A DNA stretch of 64,000 nt, taken from contig OZ220733.1 in the NCBI GenBank assembly GCA_965116875.1, positions 864,001 through 928,000 of the forward strand, in the 5' to 3' direction. How positions within the stretch are numbered: the first letter of the stretch is position 1; every line of letters begins with the position of its first letter. The stretch is from Candidatus Latescibacterota bacterium. Its GTDB lineage: Bacteria; Latescibacterota; UBA2968; GCA-2709665. Of this stretch, positions 48,915 through 59,500 are shown in pieces. The notes beneath the pieces were generated by a model that saw only the letters and a program-made list of their open reading frames with translations, was not told the origin of the DNA and made no database searches. The position numbers and the translations under genes were made by a program.

Positions 48915-50057
48915 ATGGATATCGCGTGGATTCGCGGCCAGATGCCGGGCCTGAAACATGGCGTTTACCTGAACACCGCCGGAATCGGTATGTCGCCGGT
49001 CAGTGTGAACAAGGCGGTCGCCGAGGGGTATCAGCAGTTGCGCAGCGGCAGTGTCAGCACGAGCGACTGGTACGCCGCAATGGCAGAGGCCGAGGACGAA
49101 TTGCCGGCCAGAATCGCCGGCTTCATCGGAGCCGATGCAGGGGAAATCGCGTTGACGATGAGCACCGGCGAAGGGTACGGTATGGTGCTCGGCGGGCTGC
49201 GGTGGCAACCGGGAGACGAGGTTCTCATCACCAATGAGGAACATCCGGTACCCCTTCAGGCCGCCCAGGGTCTGGCGGACCGTGAAGGGGCGATCGTCAA
49301 AGCCGTCGAAATCGACCCGGACAAAGACCTTTTTCTGCGCCGGGTGGAGCAGGCGATCACCCCGCGTACCCGGCTGATCTGTTTCAGCCATGTCACGACG
49401 GATTGGGGGACCCGGTTGCCCGCCCGCGAGATCTGCGAACTGGCGCGGGCCCGCGACATTCTCACGCTCTGGGATGGCTGCCAGGCCCTCGGGCAGTTTC
49501 CGGTGGACCTGCATGAAACAGGCTGCGACTTCTACGCCACCAATGGCTACAAGTGGTTGCTCTCGCCGAAGGGTACCGGCTTTCTCTACGTGCGGAGAGG
49601 CGCGCAGCAATTTTTGAAGCCGCTGCGGCAACCGCACGCTCCCGGTGGTACGGCCCGGCAGTACGAGATGGGAACGCCGGCAAGTGTGCTCTACCTGGGT
49701 CTCGGCGCGGGTCTCGATTTTCTGGCCGGCATCGGCGGGCCGCAGCCCATCGCCGAGGAGGCGGGACGAAAGGCGGAATCGCTGCGCGAACGCCTGGATG
49801 CCATTCCCGGCGTGCGGATCAACGGCTCACGCCGCGCCGAAACCCGGACCGGCATCGTCGCTTTCTCCGTCGAGGGCATGGACGGAAACGAAGTCTCTGA
49901 CGCACTCCGGAACCGCTGGCAAATCGCCCAACGGGCGACCCACATCAACGAACCTTCCGGTGTGCGGATTTCGGTGGCGTTCTACACCAGCGACCCGGAG
50001 CTGAATACGCTGGTTGAAGCGGTCACGGCCATGGCGCGCGAAAAAGGACATCGGTAA
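48915..50057 (+). CDS. PLP-dependent class V aminotransferase (cysteine desulfurase-like fold)
   Basis: YLNTAG, EEHP, SHVT..G, DGCQ, NGYKWL (PLP lysine). Confidence 0.9.
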   Translation: MDIAWIRGQMPGLKHGVYLNTAGIGMSPVSVNKAVAEGYQQLRSGSVSTSDWYAAMAEAEDELPARIAGFIGADAGEIALTMSTGEGYGMVLGGLRWQPGDEVLITNEEHPVPLQAAQGLADREGAIVKAVEIDPDKDLFLRRVEQAITPRTRLICFSHVTTDWGTRLPAREICELARARDILTLWDGCQALGQFPVDLHETGCDFYATNGYKWLLSPKGTGFLYVRRGAQQFLKPLRQPHAPGGTARQYEMGTPASVLYLGLGAGLDFLAGIGGPQPIAEEAGRKAESLRERLDAIPGVRINGSRRAETRTGIVAFSVEGMDGNEVSDALRNRWQIAQRATHINEPSGVRISVAFYTSDPELNTLVEAVTAMAREKGHR

Positions 50058-50200
50058 CCGGTGAAACGCGGATTGCTTTCGCCCTTGCGACGAACGAGGT
50101 GATGCCGGCACGCCGCGTCGTGGCCAGCCGGAGGCGACATAGACAGACGCTTCTCTTGACGTTCGCGTCCCGATCCTGTATATTTCCACCTCGCAGTTAT

Positions 50201-50267
50201 TCGACAAATGGACGCTCTATTAACCATCAATTGGACGCTATCAAATCCGACAAATGGACGCCAGTCG
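50201..50267 (+). promoter_or_regulatory. Triple 11-mer CAA(A/T)TGGACGC array, 23-bp period, overlapping the start codon
   Basis: Units at 50205, 50228 and 50251; the third contains the ATG at 50254. Confidence 0.8.
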
Positions 50268-51501
50268 TTCCCTGTTTCCCCGCTCACTGGAACCCGTCAT
50301 CCGTGAGGCGTTGGCCGATACGCCGGTGGTCTGTGTACTCGGACCGCGGCAGAGCGGGAAGACTACGCTCGTGCGGCAACTCGCGCCCGAACGCGCATAC
50401 GTCAGCCTGGATGAGCACAACTACCATCAGACCGCCCTGACCGATCCGGCCGGTTTCGTCGCCAGCCTGCCGGAGACGGTGACGCTTGACGAGGTGCAAC
50501 GGGCGCCGGCGCTGCTCCCCGCCATCAAGCACGCCGTGGACCAGGATCGCCGTCCCGGTCGATTCGTGCTGACCGGCTCGGCCAATCTGTTGCTGGTACC
50601 CACCGTAACCGAATCCCTGGCCGGCCGGATGGAAATCGCGCAGTTGCATCCCTTGACGGAATCCGAAAAAGCGCGCGCGCCGGGCCGCTTCCTCAGTGAC
50701 CTGATCAACGGCGCGATCGAGCCGGGCATCCGGCCGGAGGCGGCGCCCGATGTGCCGTCACTGCCGGACCGGCTGGTCGCCGGCGGCTACCCCGAGCCCC
50801 TGACGCGCACGCCCGTCCGCTCCCGGCAATGGCACAGGCAGTATCTGCGCAGCATCATCGATCGGGACGTGCGGGACGTGGCTCGCGTGAGAGATGCACA
50901 CGAATTGTCCCGCCTGCTGGAGCTGTTGGCCCTTCGCAGCGCCGGACTATTGAACACCAGCAATCTGGCCGATACCCTCGGCCTGGACCGGTCGACGGTC
51001 AATCACTACATCGCCGTGCTCGAGAGGCTCTTTCTGGTACGTCGCTTTCCCGCGTGGCACCGCAACCCGGCCAAACGGCTCGTTAGAGCACCCAAGGTCC
51101 ATCTCTTCGATACCGGGCTGGCCGCAACCCTCGCCGACCTGACCGCGTACGACTGGCTCGGCAGGAGGAACCGCATGGGACATCTGTTGGAATCCTTTGT
51201 GGTGCAGCAACTCACTGCCCAGGCCACGTGGACGGAACCGGATTTGCGTTTCTGGCATTATAGAGACAAGGACCAGGTGGAAGTCGATATCGTCATTACC
51301 CGGGGTCAACAGACCTGGGGCATTGAAGTCAAAGCCGCCCGTACGCTCACTTCCGGCGATGGGAAGGGGCTTGTCCGGCTGGCAGACCGCTGCGGCGAGG
51401 ATTTCCAGTCCGGCGTGCTGCTCTACGCCGGCCGCGATTGCCTCCCCCTTCCCCACAAGCGCGTGCTCGCGGTTCCGCTGAGCGAATTGTGGGAGCGGTA
51501 G
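50254..51501 (+). CDS. AAA_14 ATPase with wHTH and DUF4143 (PD-(D/E)XK-like) C-terminal domain
   Basis: GPRQSGKTT, LDEVQ, LTGS, ESLAGR, GGYP, PKVHLFDTG, EVDIV..IEVK. Confidence 0.92.
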   Translation: MDASRSLFPRSLEPVIREALADTPVVCVLGPRQSGKTTLVRQLAPERAYVSLDEHNYHQTALTDPAGFVASLPETVTLDEVQRAPALLPAIKHAVDQDRRPGRFVLTGSANLLLVPTVTESLAGRMEIAQLHPLTESEKARAPGRFLSDLINGAIEPGIRPEAAPDVPSLPDRLVAGGYPEPLTRTPVRSRQWHRQYLRSIIDRDVRDVARVRDAHELSRLLELLALRSAGLLNTSNLADTLGLDRSTVNHYIAVLERLFLVRRFPAWHRNPAKRLVRAPKVHLFDTGLAATLADLTAYDWLGRRNRMGHLLESFVVQQLTAQATWTEPDLRFWHYRDKDQVEVDIVITRGQQTWGIEVKAARTLTSGDGKGLVRLADRCGEDFQSGVLLYAGRDCLPLPHKRVLAVPLSELWER

Positions 51502-51522
51502 GGCATGTCCGCGCGCTTTCAA

Positions 51523-51589
51523 TCAACAAATGGACGCATGATTAATCGACAATTGGACGCTTATAAAATCGGCAAATGGACGCCAATCG
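51523..51589 (+). repeat. Second copy of the triple 11-mer array
   Basis: Units at 51527, 51550 and 51573; 53/67 identity to 50201..50267 by manual alignment. Confidence 0.85.
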
Positions 51590-51695
51590 GAAAGCTCGGT
51601 TCGACACGCCGGTGATGGATTGCGGGAACGAAGCCGATTTCAGGCAGGTGTGAGCTTTTGTGTTTTTGTGCCTTTTGTGGCCAATGTTTTTTTAG

Positions 51696-53396
51696 CCTGA
51701 TTAATTCATGAATCGTCAGAAGATACAATTTAGGGAAGCAGAAGGAGCTTCCGTGTGATATGAGAAACGACAGTGCCGCTGCCGTGACTGATTTGGCGTG
51801 TCCAAGCCTTTATTGTGGCGTCTGCTGGGAGCACGGTAGCGCCGTTGCGTCAGGTTGACCATCATGTGATGGTCAAGGGGACAGACGTCTCCATGGCCAT
51901 TGTTCGTGTCGATCCAAACATGAAGGCGGGGTCAGCACGTCTAGGGATTTATGGAACAACACCCGTTGCCAGATTATAGAGGATCTTGCCATAAAGGTGT
52001 TTGAGTGGAAACACCGTCGGTAGATGGAACTTGATCCTGGTTTTCAACTCACAAACGCGCGCAGCGACTTTCAAGAGCCGGTTTTGCAGGGTATTGAACT
52101 GTGCGTGGGTCCACTTCGTGCCGCGCAACCCGATCGTCGCCAGGGAATGCATCAGGACATAGGCGGCGCTGTGGAGAAAGAGACGGAAGTGATTGGCCTG
52201 GAAGGTGTGACAAGAGGTGCGATCGGAACAGAGAAAGGTCTTGTGATTCTTGATGAAGTTTTCCATCCTGCCGCGTGAGCAATAGACGGTTTTGTAGATG
52301 CGTGACGGTTGGGCGTGTTGCAGGTTGGTGACCACGAATCGGATATTATCTCCTTGAGGTGTCACTTCCGCCTTGCAGACGATGCGTTGTGGACAATCCC
52401 AGGTCTTCGCCTGATAGTTCCAGCAGCGATAAAGGCGCACGGTTTTTCCCGAAACGGCATACGACGTCTTGGCCTGGTCCATCAAGGACTGTGCCTTCCG
52501 CAGGAGTATGGGGTTGCTGTTCTGTCCGAGGACAAAATACACATCTTCTTCCTCACACAACGCGTGCACTTCCGGACACGAAAAATGCGCATCGCCACGT
52601 AACAGGATCGCCACGTCGGGCCAGGCTTTACGCAGGTAGGCGATCACCCGTTTAAGGATGGTGACGATCTCTTTTCCCGTGGGCCGCCTGCCAGGGCGCA
52701 AGACCGTCGTGATCAACTTGCCGGTCCGGCCTTCATAGATATGCAGGGGCTGGTAGCAATACCCCTTGAAATACGCATTGAACAACGACAACTGTTGAGA
52801 CCCATACACCTTGTCTTCGGTGTCATCGATATCCAACAGGATGGCTTCAGGCGGTTCCTCATACGAGGCGATAAACACGTCCGCAAAGGCCCTGGCGATC
52901 CGAAACAAATCGGTTCTGCTGATCCGGTTCTCGAACCGACTCATCGTGGGTTGACTGGCCAGCGCCGCACCGGAAAGCGGCAACCGATCACAGGCCGCCT
53001 TGAAACCGGGGTCCTCGCGTAACGTATTGCAATCGTTCGCATCCTCATAGCCGCAGGCCATCTGAAAGACACGTTGCTTGACCAGATCCACCGTGGCGTG
53101 ATCCACGTAACTTTGATGCCGACGATCCGTGATGGCCTCAACGATCCCATACAAAATGCCGATTTTGGCCTCCACCTCACGAAGCAGCATCACCCCGCTG
53201 TCGCTGGTCAGGATGCCTCCATCGAACGTGGCTTCTACCTGTTTGCCAGAAAGACTTGCGAAAGACATCCTGTGATGCTTATCTTGACCTTCCACGGTAG
53301 TTTCCTCCTGTGTCATTGTGTGATGGTTATGACCGTAACCATATTATAATACAATGACTTGGGTATGGAAACTACCTTTTTTATGAATTATTCGGG
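51696..53396 (-). mobile_element. IS1380-family insertion sequence
   Basis: Imperfect TIRs CCTGATTAATTCATGA / TTATGAATTATTCGGG; flanks TTAG and CTAG; lower GC than neighbours. Confidence 0.85.
51949..53316 (-). CDS. IS1380-family DDE transposase
   Basis: FDGGILTSDSG, GYEDAND, LDIDDTED, RGDAHF, RGRMENFIK. Confidence 0.95.
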   Translation of the reverse strand: MTQEETTVEGQDKHHRMSFASLSGKQVEATFDGGILTSDSGVMLLREVEAKIGILYGIVEAITDRRHQSYVDHATVDLVKQRVFQMACGYEDANDCNTLREDPGFKAACDRLPLSGAALASQPTMSRFENRISRTDLFRIARAFADVFIASYEEPPEAILLDIDDTEDKVYGSQQLSLFNAYFKGYCYQPLHIYEGRTGKLITTVLRPGRRPTGKEIVTILKRVIAYLRKAWPDVAILLRGDAHFSCPEVHALCEEEDVYFVLGQNSNPILLRKAQSLMDQAKTSYAVSGKTVRLYRCWNYQAKTWDCPQRIVCKAEVTPQGDNIRFVVTNLQHAQPSRIYKTVYCSRGRMENFIKNHKTFLCSDRTSCHTFQANHFRLFLHSAAYVLMHSLATIGLRGTKWTHAQFNTLQNRLLKVAARVCELKTRIKFHLPTVFPLKHLYGKILYNLATGVVP

Positions 53397-53516
53397 CTAG
53401 GTAAACCGGAAGAGCAGGACAATGGCCACAAAAAGCACAGAAGGCACAGAGAGACCGGATGCGATCACTCGGACTTGCTGACCGGGTGAACTGACGCCTA
53501 TATTCGGATAAACGGA

Positions 53517-53768
53517 ATGAAGACGACGCGTTACTTTGAGGAGCAGGTGCTGCGAAAGCGCCCTTATATCAATCCTGACTGGTGCGTTGACGTCATCGCC
53601 TCCCCACTTCGACGCGAAATACAGCCGGACGGTCGTATACGCTTCTGGGGCGAAGTCTCCCACCCAGTGGATGACGTACCGCGCATTCTGCGAGTCGTAA
53701 CGTTGGAAGATGGCAAGACAATCCACAACGCTTTCTTTGATCGCGGTTTTCGAAAGGAAGGGCCATGA
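53517..53768 (+). CDS. Small putative toxin paired with a DUF2283 protein
   Basis: 83 aa; DGRIRFWG..LRVVTLEDG..HNAFFDR; ATGA-coupled to the next gene. Confidence 0.7.
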   Translation: MKTTRYFEEQVLRKRPYINPDWCVDVIASPLRREIQPDGRIRFWGEVSHPVDDVPRILRVVTLEDGKTIHNAFFDRGFRKEGP

Positions 53769-53980
53769 AACTCCACTATTATCCCGAAACCGATAGCCTG
53801 TATGTCGAGTTTAAATCAGGTCCGGGCACCGAAACGCGGGAGGTCGCAAACGGGCTGAATGTCGATCTCGACGCCAACGGGGACGTCGTAGGCTTCGACA
53901 TCGACGCGGCTTCCAGGCGTCTCGATCTTTCTACGCTTGAGACGGAGGCGCTGCCTGTACACGCGTACAAGATGGGCTGA
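53765..53980 (+). CDS. DUF2283 domain protein (putative antitoxin)
   Basis: YYPETDSLYVE..VDLDANGDVVGFDI. Confidence 0.85.
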   Translation: MKLHYYPETDSLYVEFKSGPGTETREVANGLNVDLDANGDVVGFDIDAASRRLDLSTLETEALPVHAYKMG

Positions 53981-54005
53981 TGACTGCTTACCTATGGAGT
54001 CCTAT

Positions 54006-55418
54006 ATGAAATGTGTTCTTCACCCCCGCCCTTGCGCCCTGATCGCAATTGGCGCTGTCCTGTTCCTGTTTGCCGTTCCCTCCGAAGCGGGTCCCGCGGA
54101 CGGATCGCGGTTGACCCTGGAGGCGTGTCTCCGGCAGGCCCTCTCCGCCAACCGTCAGTTGCAGGCCGCCGGGTTCGCGGCGGAGAAGGCGACCTGGGAC
54201 CGCCGGAACGCGTGGTCGCAGTTCGCCCCGAGGGTCAGCTTCAACACGGAGGTGACCCGGATTGACGAGCAGACGCTGGCCGAGCGGGACTTCTCCCGGT
54301 ATTTCCCTCTGGAGATCCCCGTGCCCAGGGTGGCGTTCCGCACCTCCTATTACTCATCGTTCCAGGCGCATATTCCCATCTTCGACGCGGAGTTGATCAA
54401 CGGCGTTTCCGTTGCAACCACGGGACAGGCCGCGGCCGAGCGGACCCGGGAAGCCATACGGGACCGGATCCTGCTCCAGGTCACGTCCGGATACCTGGAC
54501 GTACTGAAACGCGGCGCGATGCTCGAACTGCAGCGGGAATTCCTCGTCCTGACCGGGCTGAACGTGGAGAAGGCCGAAAGGATGCACCGCGCGGGCCGAT
54601 ATTCGAAGCTGGACCTGCTGCGATGGCAGGTGGAGCACCAGCAGCAGAAGAGCAGCGTGGCCGCGGGTGTGTCCGCGTTGCGGGATGCGACGGTCCGCCT
54701 CCGCCGGGTGCTCAACCTCCGCACGCTGCACGCCGATGCGCTGGTCGACCGGGTCCCGGACCGGATCGAGGCGGAGGTGACGCGCGTGGCCGGCCTGTCG
54801 GAATCGGAAATCCGCAGATTTGCCGGTGTGGACAGCCGGACGCTCGTGAACGGAAACGCTATGCTTGCCGCCGCCGAACAGGACCGCGAACGCAGCCGGC
54901 TCGTGTACCGGGGGCAATACTCGAGCTATCTGCCCGACGTATCTCTCAGTTATTCCACGGCGTGGAGGCGAAACGATACCCTGGCCCTGGACGACTACAG
55001 ACCTTCGACGGTGATGCTCAATCTGTCGGTCCCGCTGTTCACCGGGTTCCGCAATCTGTCGAGACTGAAGTCCGCGCAGTTCAGTTACCGCGCCCAGGAT
55101 ACGCGCTTTTCGGACCTGGTGGACGAAACGCGGCAGGCGCTCGGCGAGACGGTCAACCGGATCGTCAATCTGAAAACCCAGCGGGAACTGATCCGGACCA
55201 GCCTGGCGTTCAATGAGAACAACTACCGGATCGTCTCCCGCGAAAAGGAAATGGGGCGGGCTTCGAACCTCGACGTCATCGATGCGAAGCTGAACCTGCA
55301 GAACGCCCGATTGCTGGAAATCACAACGCTATTCGACCTCACATCGGCGGTGATCGAGCTGCGCTATCTGATGGGCGGCCTCGACGATCTGATCGAAGAA
55401 ATCGTGGAGTCAAAATGA
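54006..55418 (+). CDS. TolC family outer-membrane efflux protein
   Basis: LTLEACLRQALSAN; YLPDVSL; LSVPLFTG; G.ASNLDVIDA. Confidence 0.9.
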   Translation: MKCVLHPRPCALIAIGAVLFLFAVPSEAGPADGSRLTLEACLRQALSANRQLQAAGFAAEKATWDRRNAWSQFAPRVSFNTEVTRIDEQTLAERDFSRYFPLEIPVPRVAFRTSYYSSFQAHIPIFDAELINGVSVATTGQAAAERTREAIRDRILLQVTSGYLDVLKRGAMLELQREFLVLTGLNVEKAERMHRAGRYSKLDLLRWQVEHQQQKSSVAAGVSALRDATVRLRRVLNLRTLHADALVDRVPDRIEAEVTRVAGLSESEIRRFAGVDSRTLVNGNAMLAAAEQDRERSRLVYRGQYSSYLPDVSLSYSTAWRRNDTLALDDYRPSTVMLNLSVPLFTGFRNLSRLKSAQFSYRAQDTRFSDLVDETRQALGETVNRIVNLKTQRELIRTSLAFNENNYRIVSREKEMGRASNLDVIDAKLNLQNARLLEITTLFDLTSAVIELRYLMGGLDDLIEEIVESK

Positions 55419-56524
55419 GAAACAGGGAACCGGCGGTTTTCACCATGCTCGCGCTGTGCACACTCTTGATTTCGTGCGGGCCGCAGGAGGCGCCCGACGC
55501 GGGCGGGTCGGCCGAGCCGGGCGTGGATACGGTGCGGGCGGTCCCGGTCAGCGCCAGGGTTGTGCGGCAGGAACAGGTGGAAGAGGCCGTTGAGGTCACG
55601 GGCGTTATCGCGCCGCGCCGGGCGGTGGACGTGGTTTCGGAGACCGGCGGGAGGCTGACCCGCGTCACGGCCGCTGTTGGCGCGCGCGTCTCGGCGGGCG
55701 ACACCCTCGCGGTGATCGACGACCGCGTGGCCGCAAGCCGGCTGGAACACGCGAAGGCGCAGGTCCTCTCCGCCCGGAACAAACTGAAGATCGCGCGGCT
55801 GAATTTCGAGAGCGACCGTCAACTCCTCGACTCGGGGGACATTTCCAGGCTCGCGTTCGAGACGTCCCGCTTTACCGTCAAATCCGCCGAAGCCGAACTG
55901 AAATCGAACCAGGCGGAGCTGAGCCGCGCCCGGAAGGGATTCGAAGACACGCGGCTGACCAGCCCGTTCGACGGATGGGTATCCAGGAAGCACGTCGAAC
56001 TCGGCGCGATGATATCGGTCGGCAAGGCCGCCTTCAGGGTGGTCGATCTGACAACGACGAAGATCACGCTCGGCATCGCCCAGGCGGCCATCGGCCGCGT
56101 AACGCCGGGCGGGGCCGTACGCGTAACCGTCGATGCGCTGGGCGGCCGGACGTACGATGGGCACGTCCGTCACGTTTCCCCCCAGGCCGAGGCGGCGACC
56201 GGCGCGTTTCCCGTCGAGGTCCACCTGGCAAATACGCCCGGCATGACGATTCGAGCGGGAATGACCGCCCGATGCCGCGTGATTCTGGGGGATTCAGGTC
56301 TCCAGTTCGTCGTTCCCGGGAACGCGGTGGTCGCCAGGGACGGCAGGGAGTACGTCTACCGGATCCGGGACGGCGTCGCGCGACTCACCGAGGTGAAGAC
56401 GCGGCAGACGTTCGGCGCTCACGTGGCCGTGGAAACGGGCATCGAGCAGGGGGATTCGATTGTGGTGGACGGCATGAACCGCCTGGGCGCGGCAACGAAT
56501 GTAACCATTCGCCCCTCAAGATAG
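55415..56524 (+). CDS. RND efflux membrane fusion protein
   Basis: Lipobox-like LISC; SPFDG; RAGM; VPGNAV. Confidence 0.9.
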   Translation: MRNREPAVFTMLALCTLLISCGPQEAPDAGGSAEPGVDTVRAVPVSARVVRQEQVEEAVEVTGVIAPRRAVDVVSETGGRLTRVTAAVGARVSAGDTLAVIDDRVAASRLEHAKAQVLSARNKLKIARLNFESDRQLLDSGDISRLAFETSRFTVKSAEAELKSNQAELSRARKGFEDTRLTSPFDGWVSRKHVELGAMISVGKAAFRVVDLTTTKITLGIAQAAIGRVTPGGAVRVTVDALGGRTYDGHVRHVSPQAEAATGAFPVEVHLANTPGMTIRAGMTARCRVILGDSGLQFVVPGNAVVARDGREYVYRIRDGVARLTEVKTRQTFGAHVAVETGIEQGDSIVVDGMNRLGAATNVTIRPSR

Positions 56525-56569
56525 GTGCGGCGGCGGTTGAAGAGTTCCAAACCGTGAGGCATTCCTGAT

Positions 56570-59500
56570 ATGTCGATCGCGAAATTTTCAGTCCGAAATC
56601 CGGTTTTCGTGAACTTGGTCATGGTCGGACTGTTCTGCTTTGGCGCCATCTGTCTCGTCAGCATGCCGCAGGAATTGAATCCGCAGATCGACTTCAACTG
56701 GGTGATTGTCTCGATTCCGTACCCCGGCGCAAGCCCGGAAGAGGTGGAAAGCCTGATTGTAGAACCGGTCGAGGCCGAGGTACACGATCTGGACAAGATC
56801 GATGAATTGCAGTCTTCGGCGGGCGAAGGCCTGGCCCTGTTCCTGATCAAGTTCGAAGACATGTCGGAGTCGGAATTCAGGGAGATCTACACGGACCTCA
56901 AGGCACGTATCGACCGTGTGGCCCTTCCGGATGAGGCCGAGGACCCGCACGTGGACGACTTCGACAGCGGCGACTTTCTGCCCATCCTCACGGTCAACAT
57001 GGCATATACGATTCCGGAAGAGAACGCGCAGATTGTCGCGGAAGACCTCGAGGAGGACCTGAAGAATCTATCCGGTGTCGCCCGCATTCAGGTCGCCGGC
57101 CTTCCCGATCGGGAAATCTGGATCGAGGTGGATCCCTCCGGATTGACCGCACGCGGTCTCTCTGTCCTCGACGTGGTCCGGGCGCTGCGGGCCAGAAACC
57201 TGAACCTCCCCGGGGGCACCCTCACCTACCGAGCGAAGGAATACGCGATCCGGTCCCTGGCCGAGTTCCGGAACGTGGAGGAGATTCGCGAGACGATCAT
57301 CCGGGCGACCCCGGGCGGCGAGACCGTGAGAATCCGCGACGTCGCAAGGGTCCAGGACCGCCGCGAGGAACCCGAAGTACTCTCCCGGCTGAACGGCGAA
57401 CCGTCCATCACGTTCTCTCTGTCGAAGTCGGCCGACGCGAATACAAACGACGTGATCCAGGCCGTCAAGGAGACGGTCAGCCGCTATGAGGACCGCGTCC
57501 CGGACGGAATCAGCTTCAGCTTTACCGATGACAATTCCGTGTACATCAACCGGGTGATCGAGGCGCTCCGGAACAACGCCATCACCGGAATGATCCTCAT
57601 TTCACTCGTTCTGTGGCTCTTCCTGGGGTCCTGGAACGCCTTCCTGGCAACGCTCGGCATCCCCATCTCGTTCTTCATCACCTTCATCCTGTTGAGTTTT
57701 TCCGGGTACACCATCAACGGGAGCACGCTGTTCGCCATGGTGATGGTGCTGGGCATCATCGTGGATGACGCCATCATCGTGATCGAGAACTGTCACCGGT
57801 ACCGGCTGCAGGGCCGTAGCGCCAGCGAGTCCGCGGTCCTCGGCGCGAGTGAGGTGACAACGCCGATCCTCAGTTCCGTAGGCACCAACGTCGCCGCGTT
57901 TCTTCCGCTGATCCTTCTGCCGGACGTGATGGGCAAGTTCATGCGCGTCATCCCGCTGACCTTCGCGCTGGCGCTGGTCGCATCCGTTTTCGAGGCCTTC
58001 GTCCTTCTGCCCTCCCACTACGCGGAATGGACCCGGCGGTCCAATGCCCACAAGCGCGGCGAACAGCCGTTCTTCAGGAAACTCCGCAGGGTGTACAGTC
58101 GTCTGCTGGTCCGCACGCTCCGCCGCCGCTACTGGGTCATCGGATGCCTTGTCGCCGTGCTGGCGGGGGCTGTGATGCTCATTCCGCTGCTGGGGGTGGA
58201 TTTCTATTCCGGCGAGGAGTTCGACGCGTTCAAGGTCCTCATCAAGTTCCCCGAAGGAACGAGCCTGGACGAGTCGGACCGCGTCACGCGCGCCTACGAG
58301 GCCGAGGCGCTCCGGCTTCCCGGCGAGGACGTGGAGGGCGTGGTCACCAACGTCGGTCTGCTGCAGAGCAACACCGAGTGGCTGACCCGAAAGAGCGTTT
58401 CCCAGGTCATCGTGCAGCTGAAGCCCAGGGAAGAGCGCGCAAGAATGTCGGATGAGCTGATTGCCGTGCTCCGGGAACGCACGGAGCACATCGCCGGACC
58501 CGCGTCGGTCGTCTTCGAGAAATTCACCGGCGGGCCGCCCGAAGGCAAGCCCATCTCGGTGAAGGTTCAGGGTCGCTATCTCGACCGGATGAAGGAGGCG
58601 GCGCTTGCGCTGCAGGACTCGCTGCGCCGGATCCCGGGCACGCTGGAGGTGACCGACGATTTTCCGCCGGGCAAGGACGCGATCCGGATCGAAGTGGACG
58701 AAGTGCGCGCGGCCCTGTACGGGTTCACGGCGCAGGAGGTCGCCCTGAACGTTCGATACGCGTTCGACGGTGTGGAGGCGACGAAGTTCAGGGACGGAGA
58801 CGAAGAGGTGGGGGTCATCGTGCAGTATGCCCGGGAGAATCGCGCGGCCGTGGAAGACGTGCTGAACGTGCAGGTGACGAACCCGGCCGGCGGGACGGTG
58901 GCGCTGAGGGACATGGTCTCGTTCTCAATCGGTCCGGGCCGAACGCAGATTCAGCGCTTCGACCAGAAGCGGACCATTTTCGTCACCGGGGAGGTCGACG
59001 AAGCCGTTACGCAATTGAGCCAGATCAATGACAGAATGCTCGAAATCTTCCCCTCGATCGAGGCACGATTCTCCGACGTGAGCTTCGTGATCGGGGGCGA
59101 GTTTACGGATTTCATGGAGGCGTTCGAAGATATCGCGGCCCTTTTCGCGATCAGCCTGATCCTGATGTTCGTAATCCTGGGGACGCAGTTCAACTCGTAC
59201 GCGCAGCCGCTGGTCATCCTGACAGCCGTTCCGTTCGCAATCATCGGCGCGCTGCTCGGCCTGCTGATTTCGAGGAATCCGTTCAGTCTGACCGCGATGT
59301 TCGGGTTTGTCGGTCTGGCGGGTATCGTCGTCAACGACGCCATAGTCATGGTCGCCTTCATCAACAGGCGGCGGCGCGCGGACGGCTCCGTGACGAACAT
59401 CTGGCGGAGCATCGTCAACGCGGGACGCCTCCGGCTGCGGCCGATCATCCTGACGTCGGTCACGACAATCTCGGGCCTGCTGCCCATGGCGATCGGCATC

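Noticed and set aside
50201-51589. Mini-CRISPR reading of the triple repeats
   Set aside because: 11-nt repeats with 12-nt spacers are far too short; no cas genes
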